Positions 1-12,825 of a stretch of DNA of 51,964 nt are shown one piece after another. How positions within the stretch are numbered: the stretch's first letter is position 1; every line of letters starts with the position of its first letter. Made by a program: the position numbers and the translations under genes. The notes beneath the pieces are model-generated. The model was not told the origin of the DNA and did not search any database. It worked only from the letters and a program-made list of their open reading frames with translations. The stretch is from Vicugna vicugna (taxonomy: Eukaryota), in contig PNXW01001546.1 in the NCBI GenBank assembly GCA_013265495.1, positions 1-51,964 on the forward strand, written 5' to 3'.

Positions 1-1589
1 AAAAGAAGCATCTTTAAGTTGTTTCATTTTGGTGCCCTATATCAGAATCTCATTTATATTAATATTATAGACATATCAATATTTTGATATATTTATATAA
101 TTGATATAAATATCTAGTTATTTATATTAAACATAAATATCAGTTATTGATATAAATTTATATTGATTCATATATCAAGTTACTTATATTTATAATCTTG
201 ATGATTAAGATAGCAGTGCAGCTTGAGTTGAAAGAAAGAAAAGGAATTGCCATTTGGTACTTTTTTGGAAAATCATAATTTATTCTACGAGTTTTTGTTT
301 GTTTTTACTTTGCTCCCTGTTAGTGTGAATGGATTCTTCTTGACTTCCCTCCCCAATTACCAGGGGCCTTTCAGCCATCAGAATCTGAGCTCATCATTGA
401 AGTCTGATGTATTTTAAAAAATTAAGATATAATGCACATGTAATACATATGTAAGTCTTATGTGTGCAGTCCAATGCATTTTTACCTATTAATATACCCA
501 TGTAATGTAATCACCAGTAGATCAACCTTGGTGTCATTTCATTTCCCCTTAAGTGAGTGACATGCAGTCTGGAGTAGCCTGTACAGTACTTCCCTTCATT
601 GTGTAGCTCCCTTTCTTTCATTTCACTCTCTTTTCTATTTTCCCTGCTCTATCTCTTTGTCTATCCCTATTGCTGCCCGCTTCCTCATCTTCTCCACACC
701 TCTTTACTTAGAGCAGCTCTCTCTGGTTCCATTCTCCCCTTGGTTCTCCTACCTGGTCTCCCTTCCACTTGTGTCCCAAGTGTATGTGCAGGTTCCTGGG
801 CTCATTATAGCTGGTTGCTCATCCTCATCACTCTATTTGGGTTCCTGCTGGGGCTCTGAATCAGCCCAGAATCAGACACTTCAGGGAGGGTGAAGTGGGA
901 TGACTGATTGGTCCCTTCAAGCCCTAGTGTTTGGGAGAAAGAGGCTGGCTTTTCTCTTTTAGTAAATGATCAACTCGCTGACTCCATCACTGACTTAAGG
1001 TGGTTTTCCAACCCGAGGAGCAGGTGCTGCCTCAAGCCAACCTGACTTGGTTATGTCAATATGACACAGGCATAAAAACAGTAAGAGAAGGCAACTTTTC
1101 CGGCAGAAAAGAATGCCAATGACCACCAGTTCTTTATGAATTTACATTTATCAGAATGAAAAGTTATTACTATAAAATGATTACTTTCATACATTCTCAT
1201 AGGAAAAATGAAATAAAGACATAAAATCAGAAGTGTATAAAAGGAAACTAAAATTGAAAGAAATAGACACCCTCGGTGGCTGCCTGAAATAACTGTCATT
1301 TAAAAATATATTAAGACTTATTTCTCATATTCCTCTAAGAAAGTGGAATCATATTGGAAAGAGCATTTTAACAAAAATATTAAGCTGAAATATGTCTATC
1401 AATAAACAAAAATATACATCAAAATTAAATGCCTGGGATGAGAAACACCTGGGTGCTCCTCCTCTTGGACCCGTTTGTGAGCAGTCTGGCCAATGCAACC
1501 TATGAAGCAAATCCTAATCTTGACTGAAGACTGACCGAAGCCTCTCCCAGCGCCCAGGTCAGAGTCACAACGCAGAAGCACCTCACTCC

Positions 1590-1956
1590 AGGAGCCCCGC
1601 CAGGTGTAGGGCACTGAAGACTGCGCTCCTGGCGGAAAGACAGCAGGCGCGCGACCGCCCGAGGCCAGCACGGGGGCGTGAAGCGCGCATGCGCAGGGGA
1701 CCCGCGGTCTGTCTCCTTCCTGAGGCGAAGGCGGAGGCGGCAGGCCCCGGGCGGCTGTGCCAGCTTCTGACTGGGAACCGGGGCACCGGTCCGAGGTCGG
1801 CCAAGGTCCCAGGCCACAGCCACCCAAGCACCCTGTTGCAGTGCAGTGCATACCCTCAGGGCCTGTTCCTCCTGGCGCGTGTTCATCTCAGGAGGCGGCT
1901 GCTGCCGGTTCCCGGAGCCTTTCCCCTGAGGAACAGCCTCAGGTACATGCACAGTG
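1590..1956 (+). promoter_or_regulatory. Small CpG island / candidate promoter and first exon
   Basis: Abrupt GC- and CpG-rich patch in a CpG-depleted window; GC box GGGGGCGTG at 1672-1680; NRF1-type motif CGCGCATGCGCA at 1684-1695; splice donor TG|GTAAGT at 1957. Confidence 0.65.
1684..1695. promoter_or_regulatory. NRF1 binding motif
   Basis: CGCGCATGCGCA matches the NRF1 consensus YGCGCAYGCGCR. Confidence 0.65.
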
Positions 1957-1965
1957 GTAAGTACC

Positions 1966-2050
1966 TTTCTTCTTCTTCTCCTCCTCCTTCTCCTCCTCCT
2001 TCTTCTCCTTCTTCTCCTTCCTTCTTCTCCTTCTTCTCCTTCTTCTTTTT
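1966..2050. repeat. (CTT/CCT)n polypyrimidine low-complexity tract
   Basis: Directly visible; abuts the 3' end of a minus-strand L1, so probably derived from its A-rich tail. Confidence 0.9.
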
Positions 2051-3130
2051 GCTGTCTTTTTGAGATATAATTGACATACAATATTGTGTGAGCTTAAGCG
2101 GTACAATGTAATGATTTGATACAGGTGTATATTGTGAAGTGATTGCGACATGAGTTTAGTTACTTACGTTACATAATTACCCTTTTTTGGGTGTGTGGTG
2201 TGAACTTTTACTATTTACTCTTTCAGTAGGTTTCAAGTGTATAAAACAGTATCGTTAACTATAACTACAGTTACATTATCATCTTATAACTGGGAGTTTT
2301 TACCATTTGACCAACAGCGTGCCATTTCCCCGGTCCTCAACCCTTGATACCACTATCCTACTGTTTCTATGAATTGGTTTTTTTTTTTTTTAGGTTTAGC
2401 GTAATGTCCTCAAAGTTCATCCATATTGTTTCCAATGGCAGGATTTCGTTCTTTTTATGGCTGAATAATATTCCATTGTGTGTGCGTGCATCACATTCTC
2501 TATATCTATTCATTCCACCACGGACCCTTACATTGTTTCCTGTTTTGGCTGTTGTGAATAATGCTATAATGAACTTGAGGGTGCAGATATTGCTTCTAGA
2601 TAATAATTTCATTTTCTTAGGATCTATAACCAGAAATGAGATTGCTGGATTATATGGTAGTCCTATTTTAATTTTTGGAAAAACCTTAATGTTGTTTTTC
2701 ATAGTCCCAATTTACATTCCCACCAACAGTACATGAGGGTTCCTTTTTCTTCTGATCATTGCAAACACTTATCTCTTGTCTCCTAAATGACAGTTCTTCT
2801 AACAGGTGTGAGACAATATTTCAGTATGGTTTTGATTTGTGTTTCCTTGATGGATAGTAATGTTGAGCTTTTTTCTTATACCTTGTATATGTATTTGGAA
2901 AAATGTCTATTAACATTCTCTGCCCACTTTTAATATAATAATAATAATTATTATTCTGTTGATTTATATGAGTTTCTTATATATTTTGGATATTAACCCC
3001 TTTTCAAATACATGTATTGTCAATATTTTCTCCCATTCCCTTTGGTAATGGTTTCCTCTTCTGTGCAGAATATTTTTAGTTTTATGTAGTCCCACTTGTT
3101 TATTTTTGCTTTTTTTTTTTGCTTTTGCTT
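2051..3130 (-). mobile_element. Old LINE-1 3' end (3'UTR plus ORF2 C-terminus, L1MA/L1MB-like)
   Basis: Minus ORF 2367-2702 (LPYNPAISFL...FIIALFTTAK) resembles the L1 ORF2 C-terminus; typical L1 3'UTR start TGAGATATAATTGACATACAA on the + strand. Confidence 0.85.
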
Positions 3131-3199
3131 TGTCAATTCCTGGTGTATAGCACAATGCTTCAGTCATACATGAATATACAGATATTTGTTTTCTTCCTT

Positions 3200-3350
3200 T
3201 TTTGAGATGATATGATTCTTTTTCAATTTATTAATGGTTGATTGGTTTGTGGATAATAAACCATCTTTTCATCCCTGGATAAATCCCAGTTGATCATGGT
3301 ATATGATTCTTTTAATGCATTTTTGAATTTGATGTGCTAGTGGTTTTTTA
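3200..3350 (-). mobile_element. LINE-1 ORF2 (RT-region) fragment
   Basis: TTCATCCCTGGATAAATCCCAGTTGATCATGGTATATGATTC is the antisense of the L1 ORF2 IIxHDQxGFIPG segment. Confidence 0.7.
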
Positions 3351-3465
3351 AAAAAAGTCTTTTCTTATTCTTTTTTTGAAGTATAGTCAGTTTACAATGT
3401 TGTGTCAATTCCTGGTGTACAGCACAATGCTTCAGTCATACATGAATATACATATATTTGTTTTC

Positions 3466-3558
3466 TTATTTTTTTTTTTTAATGGCAGTGCTGGGGATTG
3501 AACCCGGGACCTCATGCATACTAAGCATGCACTCTACCAATGAGCTATACCCACACCC
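3466..3558 (-). mobile_element. tRNA-derived SINE (Vic-1-like, camelid)
   Basis: Reverse complement reads GGGTATAGCTCATTGGTAGAGTGCATGCTTAGTATGCATGAGGTCCCGGGTTCAATCCCCAG with A and B boxes and a poly-A tail; TSD CATATRTTTGTTTTC at 3451-3465 and 3559-3573. Confidence 0.9.
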
Positions 3559-6500
3559 CATATGTTTGTTTTCATGTTCTTTTTTACTTTAAGCTACTAC
3601 AAGATATCAAATATAGTTTCTTGTGCTGTACAGTATAAACTTGTTCATCTGTTTTATATATACCAGTCAGTAACTGCAAATCTCGAACTCTCAATTTGTC
3701 CCATCCTCTTCCTTCCCCCTTGGTAACCATAAATTTGTTTTCTGTGTTTGTGAGTCTGTTTCTGTTTTGTAAATAAGTTCATTTGTCTTTTTTTTTTTTT
3801 ATTTTAGATCCCACATATGAGTGATATCATATAGTATTTTTCTTTCTCTTTCTGGCTTACTTCACTTAGAATGACATTCTCCAGGGCCATCCATGTTGCT
3901 GCAAATAGCATTATTTTATTATTTTTTATGGCTGAATAGTATTCCATTGTATAAATATACCACAACTTCTTTATCCAGTCATCTGTCAATGGACATTTAT
4001 GTTGCTTCCATGTCTTGGCTATTGTAAATAGTGCTGCTATCACCATTGAGGGCACGTATCTTTTCAAATTGGACTTTTCTCCAGATACATACCCAGGAGT
4101 TGATTACTGGATCAAAGGGTAAAGCTGTTTTTAGTTTTTTTAAGAAATCTCCATACTGTTTTCCATAGTGGCTACACCAAATTACATTCCCACCAACAGT
4201 GTAGGAGGGTTCCCTTATCTCCGCACCCTCTCCAGAATTTACTGTTTGTGGACTTTTTAATTATGACCATTCTTATTGCTGTGAGGAGATACCTCATTGT
4301 AGTTTTGATTTGCATCTCTCTGATACTTAGTGATGTTGAACATCTTTTTATGTGCCTATTAGCCATCTGAATATCTTCATTGGAAAATTGCTTGTTTGGG
4401 TCTTCTGCCCATTTTGGACTGGGTTGTTTGTTTTTTGTTATTCAGTTATATGAATTGTTTGTATATTCTGGAGATTAAGCCCTTGTCAGTTGCATCATTT
4501 GCAAATTTTTTTTTCTATTCCATAGGCTTTTGGTTTTGTTTATGATTTTCTTTGCTGTGCGAAAGCATATAAGTTTAACTAGTTCCATTTGGGGTTTTTT
4601 TGTTGTTGTTTGTTTCTTTGTTTTTATTTCTATTGCCTGGGTAGACTGCCCTAGGAAAATATTGGTAAGATTTATGTCAGAGAATGTTTTGTCTATGTTT
4701 TCTTCTAGGAGTTTTATAGTGTCTTATGTTTAGTCTTTAAAGCATTTTGAGTTTATTTTTGTGTATGGTGTGAGAAAATGCTCTAAATTCATTGATTTAC
4801 ATGCAGCTGTCCACCTTTCCCAACACCACTTGCTGAAGAGACTTTCTTTTCTCCATCGTATATTCTTGCCTCCTATGCCAAAGATTAATTGACCATAGGT
4901 GTGTGGGTTTATTTCCAGGCTCTTTATTCTGTTCCATTGATCCATAGATCTGTTTTTGTGCCAATACCATGCTGTTTTGATTACTATAGCTCTGTAGTAT
5001 TGTCTGAAGTCTGGGAGGGTTATTCCTCCTTCTTCATTCTTTGTCTTCAGTATTGCTTTGGCAATTCTGGGTCTTTTGTGATCCCATATAAATTTTAGGA
5101 TTATTTGTTCTAGTTCTGTGAAAAATACCCTGGGTAATTTGATAGGGATCACATTAAGTCTGTAGATTACCTTGGGCAGTATGGCCATTATAACAATATT
5201 GATTCTTCCAGTCCAAGAGCATCAGATACCTTTCCATTTCTTTAAATCATTTTTAATTTCTTTTCTCAGTGTTTTGTAGTTCTTTCAAATAAGTCTTTCA
5301 CCTCCTTGGTCAGGTTTATTCCTAAGTATTTTATTTTATGATTTTGATGTGATTTTAGAAGGGACTATTTCTTTACTTTCCTTTACTGATATTTCATTGT
5401 TAGTGTAAAGAAATGCAACTGATTTATTTGTTAATCTTGTATCCTGATACTTTGCCAAATTCTTTTATGAGCTCTAGTAGTTTTTATGTGGAACCTTTGA
5501 GGTTTCCTATGCAGAGAATCATGTCATCTGCATATAGTGGCACTTTTACCTATTCTCTTCCAATTTGGATCCCTTTTATCTTTCTTGCATGATTGCTAGG
5601 GTTAGGATTTCTAATACTGTGTTGAATAGATGTGCTGAGAGTGAACATCCTTGTCTTGTGTCAGATTTTAGTGGGAAGGCTTTCAATTTTTCACTGTTGA
5701 ATATTATGTTGGTTGTGGGTTTGTCATAAATAAGCTTCTATTATATTTTGATATATTCCCTCTATACTTGGTAAGAGTTTTTATCATAAATGGGTGTTGA
5801 ATTTTAGCAAATGCTTTTTCTACATCTATTGAGATGATCATGTGATTTTTGTTCTTTCTTTTATTGATGTGGTGTATCACATTGCTGAGTATGTTGAACC
5901 ATTTTTGTGTCCCTGGGAGAATCCAACTTGATCATAGTGTATGATATTTTTCATGTGTTGTTGAATTTTGTTTGCAAATATTTTGTTGAGAATTTTTGCA
6001 TCTACGTTCATCAGAGATACTGGCCTATAATTTTCTTTTTTGGTAGAGTCTTTGTCTGGTTTTGGTATCAGGGTGATGGTGGCTTCATAGAATGAATTTG
6101 GGAGTATTACCTCCTCTTCGATCTCCTGGAAGAGTTTCAGAAGGATCGGTATAAGTTTTTGTTTGTACATTTAGTAGAATTCCCCTTTCAAGAAAATAGT
6201 TCTTGGTTTGATTGATTTTTCCTATTTAAAAAAATTTCTATTTTATTTATTTCCTCTCTGATCTTTATTATTATTTCTATCTGCTGACTTTGGGTTTTAT
6301 TTATTCTTCTTTCTTTAATTTTTTAGGTGGTAGGTTAGGGTGTTTGAGGTTGTTCTTATTTTTTGTGGAAGGCCTGTATCACTATGAACTTCCCTCTTAG
6401 TACTGCTTTTGCTGCATCCCATAGATTGTGTGTGGTTGTATTTTCATTGTCATTGGTCTCAAAGTATTTTTTAATTTTTTCTTTTATTTCATCATTGATC

Positions 6501-7018
6501 CATTGTTTTTTTAGTAGCATGTTGTTTTGTCTCTATGCAGTCATTTTCTTGTTTTTCTTTCTGTGGTGGTTTTTAGTTTCATACCATTGTGATCAGAAAA
6601 GAGGTTTGAAATAATTTCTATCTTCCTAAATTTTTTGAGGATTCTTTTATGTCTGAATATGTGGTATATCTTAGAGAATGTTCCATGTGCAGTTGAAAGG
6701 AATGTATATTCTGTTTTTTGGGGATGTAATGTTCTAAAAAATATCAATTAAATCTAATTGTTCTGTTGTGTCATCTAATGTCACCATTGCCTTATTGATT
6801 TTCTGTGTGGAAGTCCTGTCCAATGATGTAGGATGTTAAAGTCTCTTACTATTACTGTATTCCCACCAGTTTCTCCCTTTATGTTTGTTAGTATTTGTTT
6901 TCTATATTTAGATATTCCTATATTGGGTGCATATATGTTAATGAGTGTAATAGCCTCTTTTTTTATTGCTGCTTTTGTCATTATATGGTGTCCTTCTTTA
7001 TCTTTCTGTATGGCCTTT

Positions 7019-7407
7019 TTTTTTCACATTATTTTTGTTGAAGTATAGTCAGTTTACAGTGTTATGTCAATTTCTGATGTACAGTACAATACTTCAGTTA
7101 TATAGGAACATACATATATTTGTTTTCATATTCTCATTCACCATAAGTTACTACAAGATATTGAATATAGTTTCCTGTGCTATACGGTATGTTTTTGTTG
7201 TCTATTTTTTATATATTAGTTAGTATCTACAAATCTTGAACTCCCAATTTATTCCTTCCCAACCCCCCTTCCTCCCCTGGTAACCATAAGTTTGTTTTCT
7301 ATGTCTGTAAGTCTGTTTCTGTTTTGTAAATAATTTCATCTTTTTTTTTCTTTTTTGATTCCACATACAAGTGATATCATATGGTATTTTTCTTTCTCTT
7401 TCTGTCT
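7019..7407 (-). mobile_element. Short L1 3'-end insertion (~390 bp) nested in an L1
   Basis: Homologous to the 3'UTR at 3375-3865; poly-T; TSD TGTATGGCCTTT at 7007-7018 and 7408-7419. Confidence 0.9.
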
Positions 7408-7904
7408 TGTATGGCCTTTGTTTTAGTCTGTTTTGTCTGATATGAGTATTGCTACCCCCACTTTCTTGTCATTTCCATTTGCATGCTATATCTTTTTCTG
7501 TCCTCTCACATTCAATCTGTGTGTATCCTTTGCCCTAAAGTGGGTCTCTTGTATGGAGTATATTGTAGGGTCTTGTTTTATTATCCAATATACTACTTTA
7601 TGTCTTTTGTTTGGATCATTTAGTCCATTGAATTTATGGTTATTATTGATAGATGTGTGTTTATTGCCATTTTATACTTTGTTTTCCAGTTGATTTTGTA
7701 TTTCTTCTTTATTCCTTTCTTTTGTGTGTGTGTGTCTGGCTTGATAATTTTCTTTTGTATAAGCTTTATTTCTTTTCTTTTTGGTATTTGTGATTCTATT
7801 TTATGCTTTTGATTTGTGGTTACCTTGTTTTTCAAATGTTTAACCCATTACTAAATCTCTTTGCTTTAGATTAGTAATCATATAGACTGAAACATGATGT
7901 ACTA

Positions 7905-9697
7905 ATGTTTTATTGAGGATTATTAGCATCTATGTTCATCAGTGATAGTGACCTGTAATTTTTCATTTTATATGGTATCTTTATCTGGTTTTGGTATTAG
8001 GATGGGGCTGGCATCAAGGAAAGAGTTTGGAAGCATTTCTTCCCCTGCAAGTAATTGAGAATGGTTTGAGAACTGATGTGAAGTCTTCTCAAAATGTTGT
8101 TTAGAAGTCATCCATGAAGACCTCTAGTCCTACTCTTGTTGCTGGGAATTCTTAAATTACTGATTCAATTTCATTACTAGTTATTTCTCTATTCATATTT
8201 TTCATAGTTCAGTATTGGTAGATTGTATATTTCTAGCTTTGTCCATTTATTCTTGGTTGTCCATTTGACTGGTATATGATTGTTCATAATATTTTTTATT
8301 ATCTTTTGTATTTCTGTGGTGTTGATGTTAACTTTTCTTTTTTCATTTCTGATTTTATTGATTTTGGCTTTAGTTTTTTCTTTATGACACTGACTAAGTT
8401 TCATCAATTTTTTTCATCTTTTCAGTAAGTCAGGTCTCAGTTTTATTGATCTTCTCCATTGTTTTTTAGTCTCTATTTCATTACTTTCTGCTCTGATCTT
8501 TATAATTTAGTTCCTTCTACTCATTTTGGACTTGTTTGTTCTTTGTTTTCTAATTTCTGCAGTGTGAGGTTAGATTATTTATTTGAGTTTTTTTCCTGTT
8601 TCCTGAGGTAGGGTTGTATCAGTATAAATGTTCCTCTAAGCTGCTTTTGCTGAATACCGTAGATTATGGATCATTGTGTTTTCACTTTCATGTGTATCTA
8701 GACTTTGTTCATTTTTTCTTTAATTTTTTTATTTTTTAGTAGTATATGGTTTAGCCTCTTCTGTCTGTGTTTTTGCAGTTTTTTCTTTCTGTAGTTGATT
8801 TCTCATCCCATTGCCTTGTGTGAGGAAAAGATGCTTGATATGATTCTAATTTTCTTAAATAGACCAAGACTCATTTTATGGTCTAGCATGTGATCTATTC
8901 AGGAAAATGTTTCATGTACACTTGAAAAGATTGTGTCTTCTGCTACTTTTGGATGAGATGTTCTATATAGATATGTTAAATCTATTTGGTCTAATATATC
9001 ATTTAAGATCAGTCTTTCCTTATTGATTATTTATCTGGATGATCTGTACATTGATGTAACAGGATTGTTTAAGTCCCCTACTATTATGATGTTACTGTCA
9101 ATTTCTCCCTTTATCTGTTAATGTATGCTTTGTATATACAGATGTTCCTTTGTTGGGTGTATATTTATTTACAATTATTACATGTTGTTATATAATTGAT
9201 GCCTTGATCATTGTGAAATGTTCTTCTTTCTCCCTTATTATGGTCTTTGTTTTAAAGTCTATTTTGTGTGATATAAGCTTTGCTTCCTTTGCTTTCTTTT
9301 CATTTCCATTGGTATGGGATACCCTTTTCCTATCCCTTCATTTTCATCCTGTGTGTGTCTTCAGATCTGCTCATCTTCCTGGTGCAGGATTCCCAAGGCT
9401 GGTGAGCCCAGTGTGGAACTGAGACTCCTCTCTCTCAGAGACAACCTGTATGATTGTTATTATCCTCCCATGTAAGAATCACTCACCTAGGGTATGGGTC
9501 TTGACTATACTGCATTTCTTCCTCTTATATCCATTTCAGTGTGATTCCTTCTTCATGTCCTTAGCTTTAGAATGCCTTTTCTTCTAGTCTTCTGGCCATT
9601 TTCATGAACAGTTTATCTTTACATGGTTATAATTTTGGTGTGCCCATGGGATGAGGTGGGTTTAGGATCTTCCTACTCCACCATCTTGGCAACCAAC
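7905..9697 (-). mobile_element. LINE-1 with 5'UTR joined to ORF2 endonuclease region (ORF1 deleted)
   Basis: 5'UTR start (rc CCAAGATGGTGGAGTAGGAAGATCCT at ~9665-9690) resembles the 5' ends at 16851 and 31603; jumps at ~9365 into ORF2 EN sequence; ORF 8189-8407 is ORF2-like. Confidence 0.8.
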
Positions 9698-9704
9698 CTC
9701 TCAT

Positions 9705-11220
9705 GCGTAGATTTGAGCTGACAAAAGGTAGAATGAGTTAACTTGAAGCTATATCAATAGGGAATATACATTTCAAAAGATACAGAGAGAGAAGAATGAA
9801 GAAGAACCAACAGAGTATCAGAGAAATTAGGGATACCACTAGATGCATCAGCACATGCATATAGGAGTACCAGGAAGAGAAGAAAGTGAGAAAGAAGCAG
9901 AAAAAATATTTGAAGAAATAATAGGATTAAACTTCCCAAGTTTATTGCAGAACAGTGACTTACATATCCAGGGTATTTAAGGTATTCAAAATATAAAAAG
10001 TGCAAGGACATTAATAAAGAGATACATAATATTAATACTTCTGAAACTCAAAGACAGTAGAAAGTAAAAAATGGAAGGACATTAATAAAAAGGTACTACA
10101 TAGTACTACTGCTGAAACTCGAAGATAGAAAATCTTGAAGACAGCAAAAGGAAGACCACCCATCACTTACTGGGGAACCCCAAGAAGTTTAATATTGACT
10201 TCTTAGTAGAAATGATTTAGACCAAAAGCAGTTGGATAACATATATATAGTGCTCAGGGGAAAATAACCCCATCAGATAAGAATCTCATTTCTAGTAAAG
10301 TTATATTTCAAAGGCAAATGCAAATTAAGGATTCACCCAAATAAACAAAAGCAGAGAATCTGTTGCTAGTAGATGTATCTTATAGGAACATTTAAAGAAC
10401 ATTTAAAGAAAATTTACAAGCCAAAAGCAAGTAGCTTAGGAAGTAATTCAAATCCATGCAGAAAGCCAAAGAGCATTAGTAAAATAACTAGGCAATTGTA
10501 ACAGTTTAAATGCCTATTTTTTTTTTTTTATTCTGGCAGGGCAGGATGGGGAAGTAATTAGATTTATGTATTTCTAGAGGAGGTACTGGGGATTGAATCC
10601 AGGACTTCATGCATGCTAAGCATGCACTCTACCACTTGAGCCATATCCTCCCCCACTTAAATGCCCATTTTTATGTTTTTTCCCTAATAATTGATTTAAA
10701 TATCAATTTTTCTAAAATAATATGTATGTAATAAAATCTCAGACCTGTAACTTACAGAAATATAATATGTGTGTAATATATTACCAATAACTCACAAAGA
10801 AGGTGAGTCATAACAAAATGTATTGGGCTAAGGAAATGATAATAGATTGCAAAGTGAAAATTATAATATTGTATATGTCTCAAACATTAATACCTATAAT
10901 ATGTTATAACACTAATACCACAAAATGGAAGAAAGTAAAAAGAGTTCTATAGGTGTAACATTTTTATATATTGCTAGAGTTAAGCTAGTATAAATTGGAT
11001 GTTGATTCTGATAGGATGTATGTTTAAACCCTAGAGCAATCACAGAAAACTATACAATATAAATGTGATAAGATATAATATGATATAACATAATATGATA
11101 TTTAGAAAGAGTGACTTATTAAAGAAATTAAAACGTTACATTAGGAAATACTCGATGAAGCATTAAAAAATTAGATGAAAAAAAGTACATGAGATATACA
11201 GAAAACCAAAAGGAAAAAAA
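9705..11220 (+). mobile_element. Old LINE-1 ORF1 and spacer remnant
   Basis: ORF1-like segments (GAAGCAGAAAAAATATTTGAAGAAATAATAGG; AAAATCTTGAAGACAGCAAAAG). Confidence 0.7.
10520..10655 (-). mobile_element. tRNA-derived SINE (Vic-1-like, camelid)
   Basis: Reverse complement reads GGGGAGGATATGGCTCAAGTGGTAGAGTGCATGCTTAGCATGCATGAAGTCCTGGATTCAATCCCCAGTACCTCC; TSD TTAAATGCCYATTT at 10506-10519 and 10657-10670. Confidence 0.9.
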
Positions 11221-12825
11221 GCAGTATTTCTCAAAGCAATATTGAGAAAAAAGAACAAAGCTAGGGGCATCACTCTCCCTAATTTCTAACTATATTACAA
11301 AGCTATGGTAATTAAAACAGCATATTGGCATAAAAGAGACACATAAATCAATGGAACTGAATAGAGAGCCCAGAAATAAACCTATGCATTTATGTTATAA
11401 TTCATTTATGATGAAGGAACCAAGAATATAGAATGGGGAAAGGACAGTTTTTTCAATTACTGTCACTGAGAAACCTGGACAGCCACATAGAAGAGAATAA
11501 AATTGGAGCACTATTTTATATCATATAGAAGAATTAACTCTAAGTGAATTAAAGACTTGAACATAGGACCTGACAACACAAAACTCCCAGATGAAAACAT
11601 AGGTCATAAGCTCCATGACATAAGTCATGGCGAAGATTTTTTAATCTGACACCAAAAGCAAAAGCAACAAAAGTAAAAATAAGCAAGTGGGACTATATCA
11701 AACTGGAAAGCTTCTGCACAGCAAAGGAAACCATGAACAAAATGAAAAGGCAACCTACTGAATGGGAGAAGATAATTGAAAATAATATATCTGATAAGGG
11801 GCTAAAATCCAAAATATCCAAATATACATATAACTCAATAGCTTAAAAGCAAACAGTCCTTTGAAACAAAGACCATAATGAAAGACAATGAAAAGCATCA
11901 TATAATGATACATGGATCAATACAAGAAAAGGATATTACATTTGTTAGCATATATGCACCCAGTATAGGAGCCTAAATATATAAAACAAACATAACAGGT
12001 ATGAAGGGAGAAATTGGCAATAACATAATAATAGTAGGAGGCTTTTAACACCCCATTGACATCAATGGACAGATCATCTAGACAGAAAATAAGTAATGCA
12101 ACAGAGATCCTAAATGACACAATAGACAGATTGGACCTAATTCATATCTACAGGACACTACATCTAAAAAAGCTCAATATACATTCATTTCAAGTTGCAT
12201 GTACCATCCTCTAAGATAGGCCAAATACTAGGATACAAAACAAGCTTCAACAAATTTAAGAGGATACAGATTATTTCAAGCATGTTTTATGACCAAAATG
12301 TTTTAAAATGAGACATCATCCACATTAACAAAAACAGGAAAAGAAGAAACAAATGGAGACTAAATAACATGCTATGCAAAAGGCAAAAATTAATGATGAA
12401 ATCGAAAGAGAAATCAGAAAATACCTCAAGAAAAATCAAAATGAAAACACAGCTTTAAAAAAAAACCTGGAGTGCTGTAAAACCAGATCTAAGAGGGAAA
12501 TTTATAGCAATACAGGCCTTCCAGAATCAAGGAAAACTCAAACAACCTAACCTACTATCTAAAGAAAATTAGAAAAGAGGAATAAACCTGAAAGTCAGCA
12601 AAAGGAAAGAAATGATAAAAAATCAGAGAGGAAATAATTAAAATAGAGAAGGAATACAGAATAGAAAAGATCAGGAAAACCAAAAGCTGTTTTTTTTTTT
12701 AAAGAAAACAAAATTGACAAACAATTATGTTCCCAAGGTTCACTTAGAAGAGACAGAACCCAAATAAATGAAATAGGAAATTAAAGAGGAGAAGTAAAAC
12801 TGATACCACAGAAATAAATACAAAT
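11221..12825 (+). mobile_element. Two scrambled LINE-1 ORF2 fragments (late ORF2 11221-11865, then EN region 11866-12825)
   Basis: GGCATCACTCTCCCTAATTTC and AAGCTTCTGCACAGCAAAGGAAACC in the first block; ATATATGCACCC (IYAP) and TCAATGGACAGATCATCTAGACAG in the second; order is reversed relative to an intact ORF2. Confidence 0.8.

Larger units (their letters stand above)
3362..7900 (-). mobile_element. Lineage-specific LINE-1, 5'-truncated and degenerate (3'UTR, ORF2, ORF1-ORF2 spacer)
   Basis: ORF2 remnants 3804-4067, 4172-4366, 4730-5188 ([12 protein letters not shown]), 5877-6170 ([19 protein letters not shown]) and 6781-6981 (NIYAPN); YADD at ~5522-5533; internal deletion near 6185; hosts nested insertions. 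Confidence 0.95.

Noticed and set aside
599..893. Hydrophobic 78-86 aa ORFs
   Set aside because: Pyrimidine-rich sequence gives Leu/Ser/Phe bias; no family motif or convincing exon signals.
1500..2151. ORFs with poly-Arg/Glu/Lys or poly-Ser/Pro runs (e.g. 1500-2081, 1689-2063)
   Set aside because: They arise from the GC-rich island and the (CTT/CCT)n tract; no recognisable domain.
3481..3558. tRNA-like sequences here and at 10580-10655 and 38377-38450
   Set aside because: A-rich tails and TSDs show they are SINE copies, not tRNA genes.
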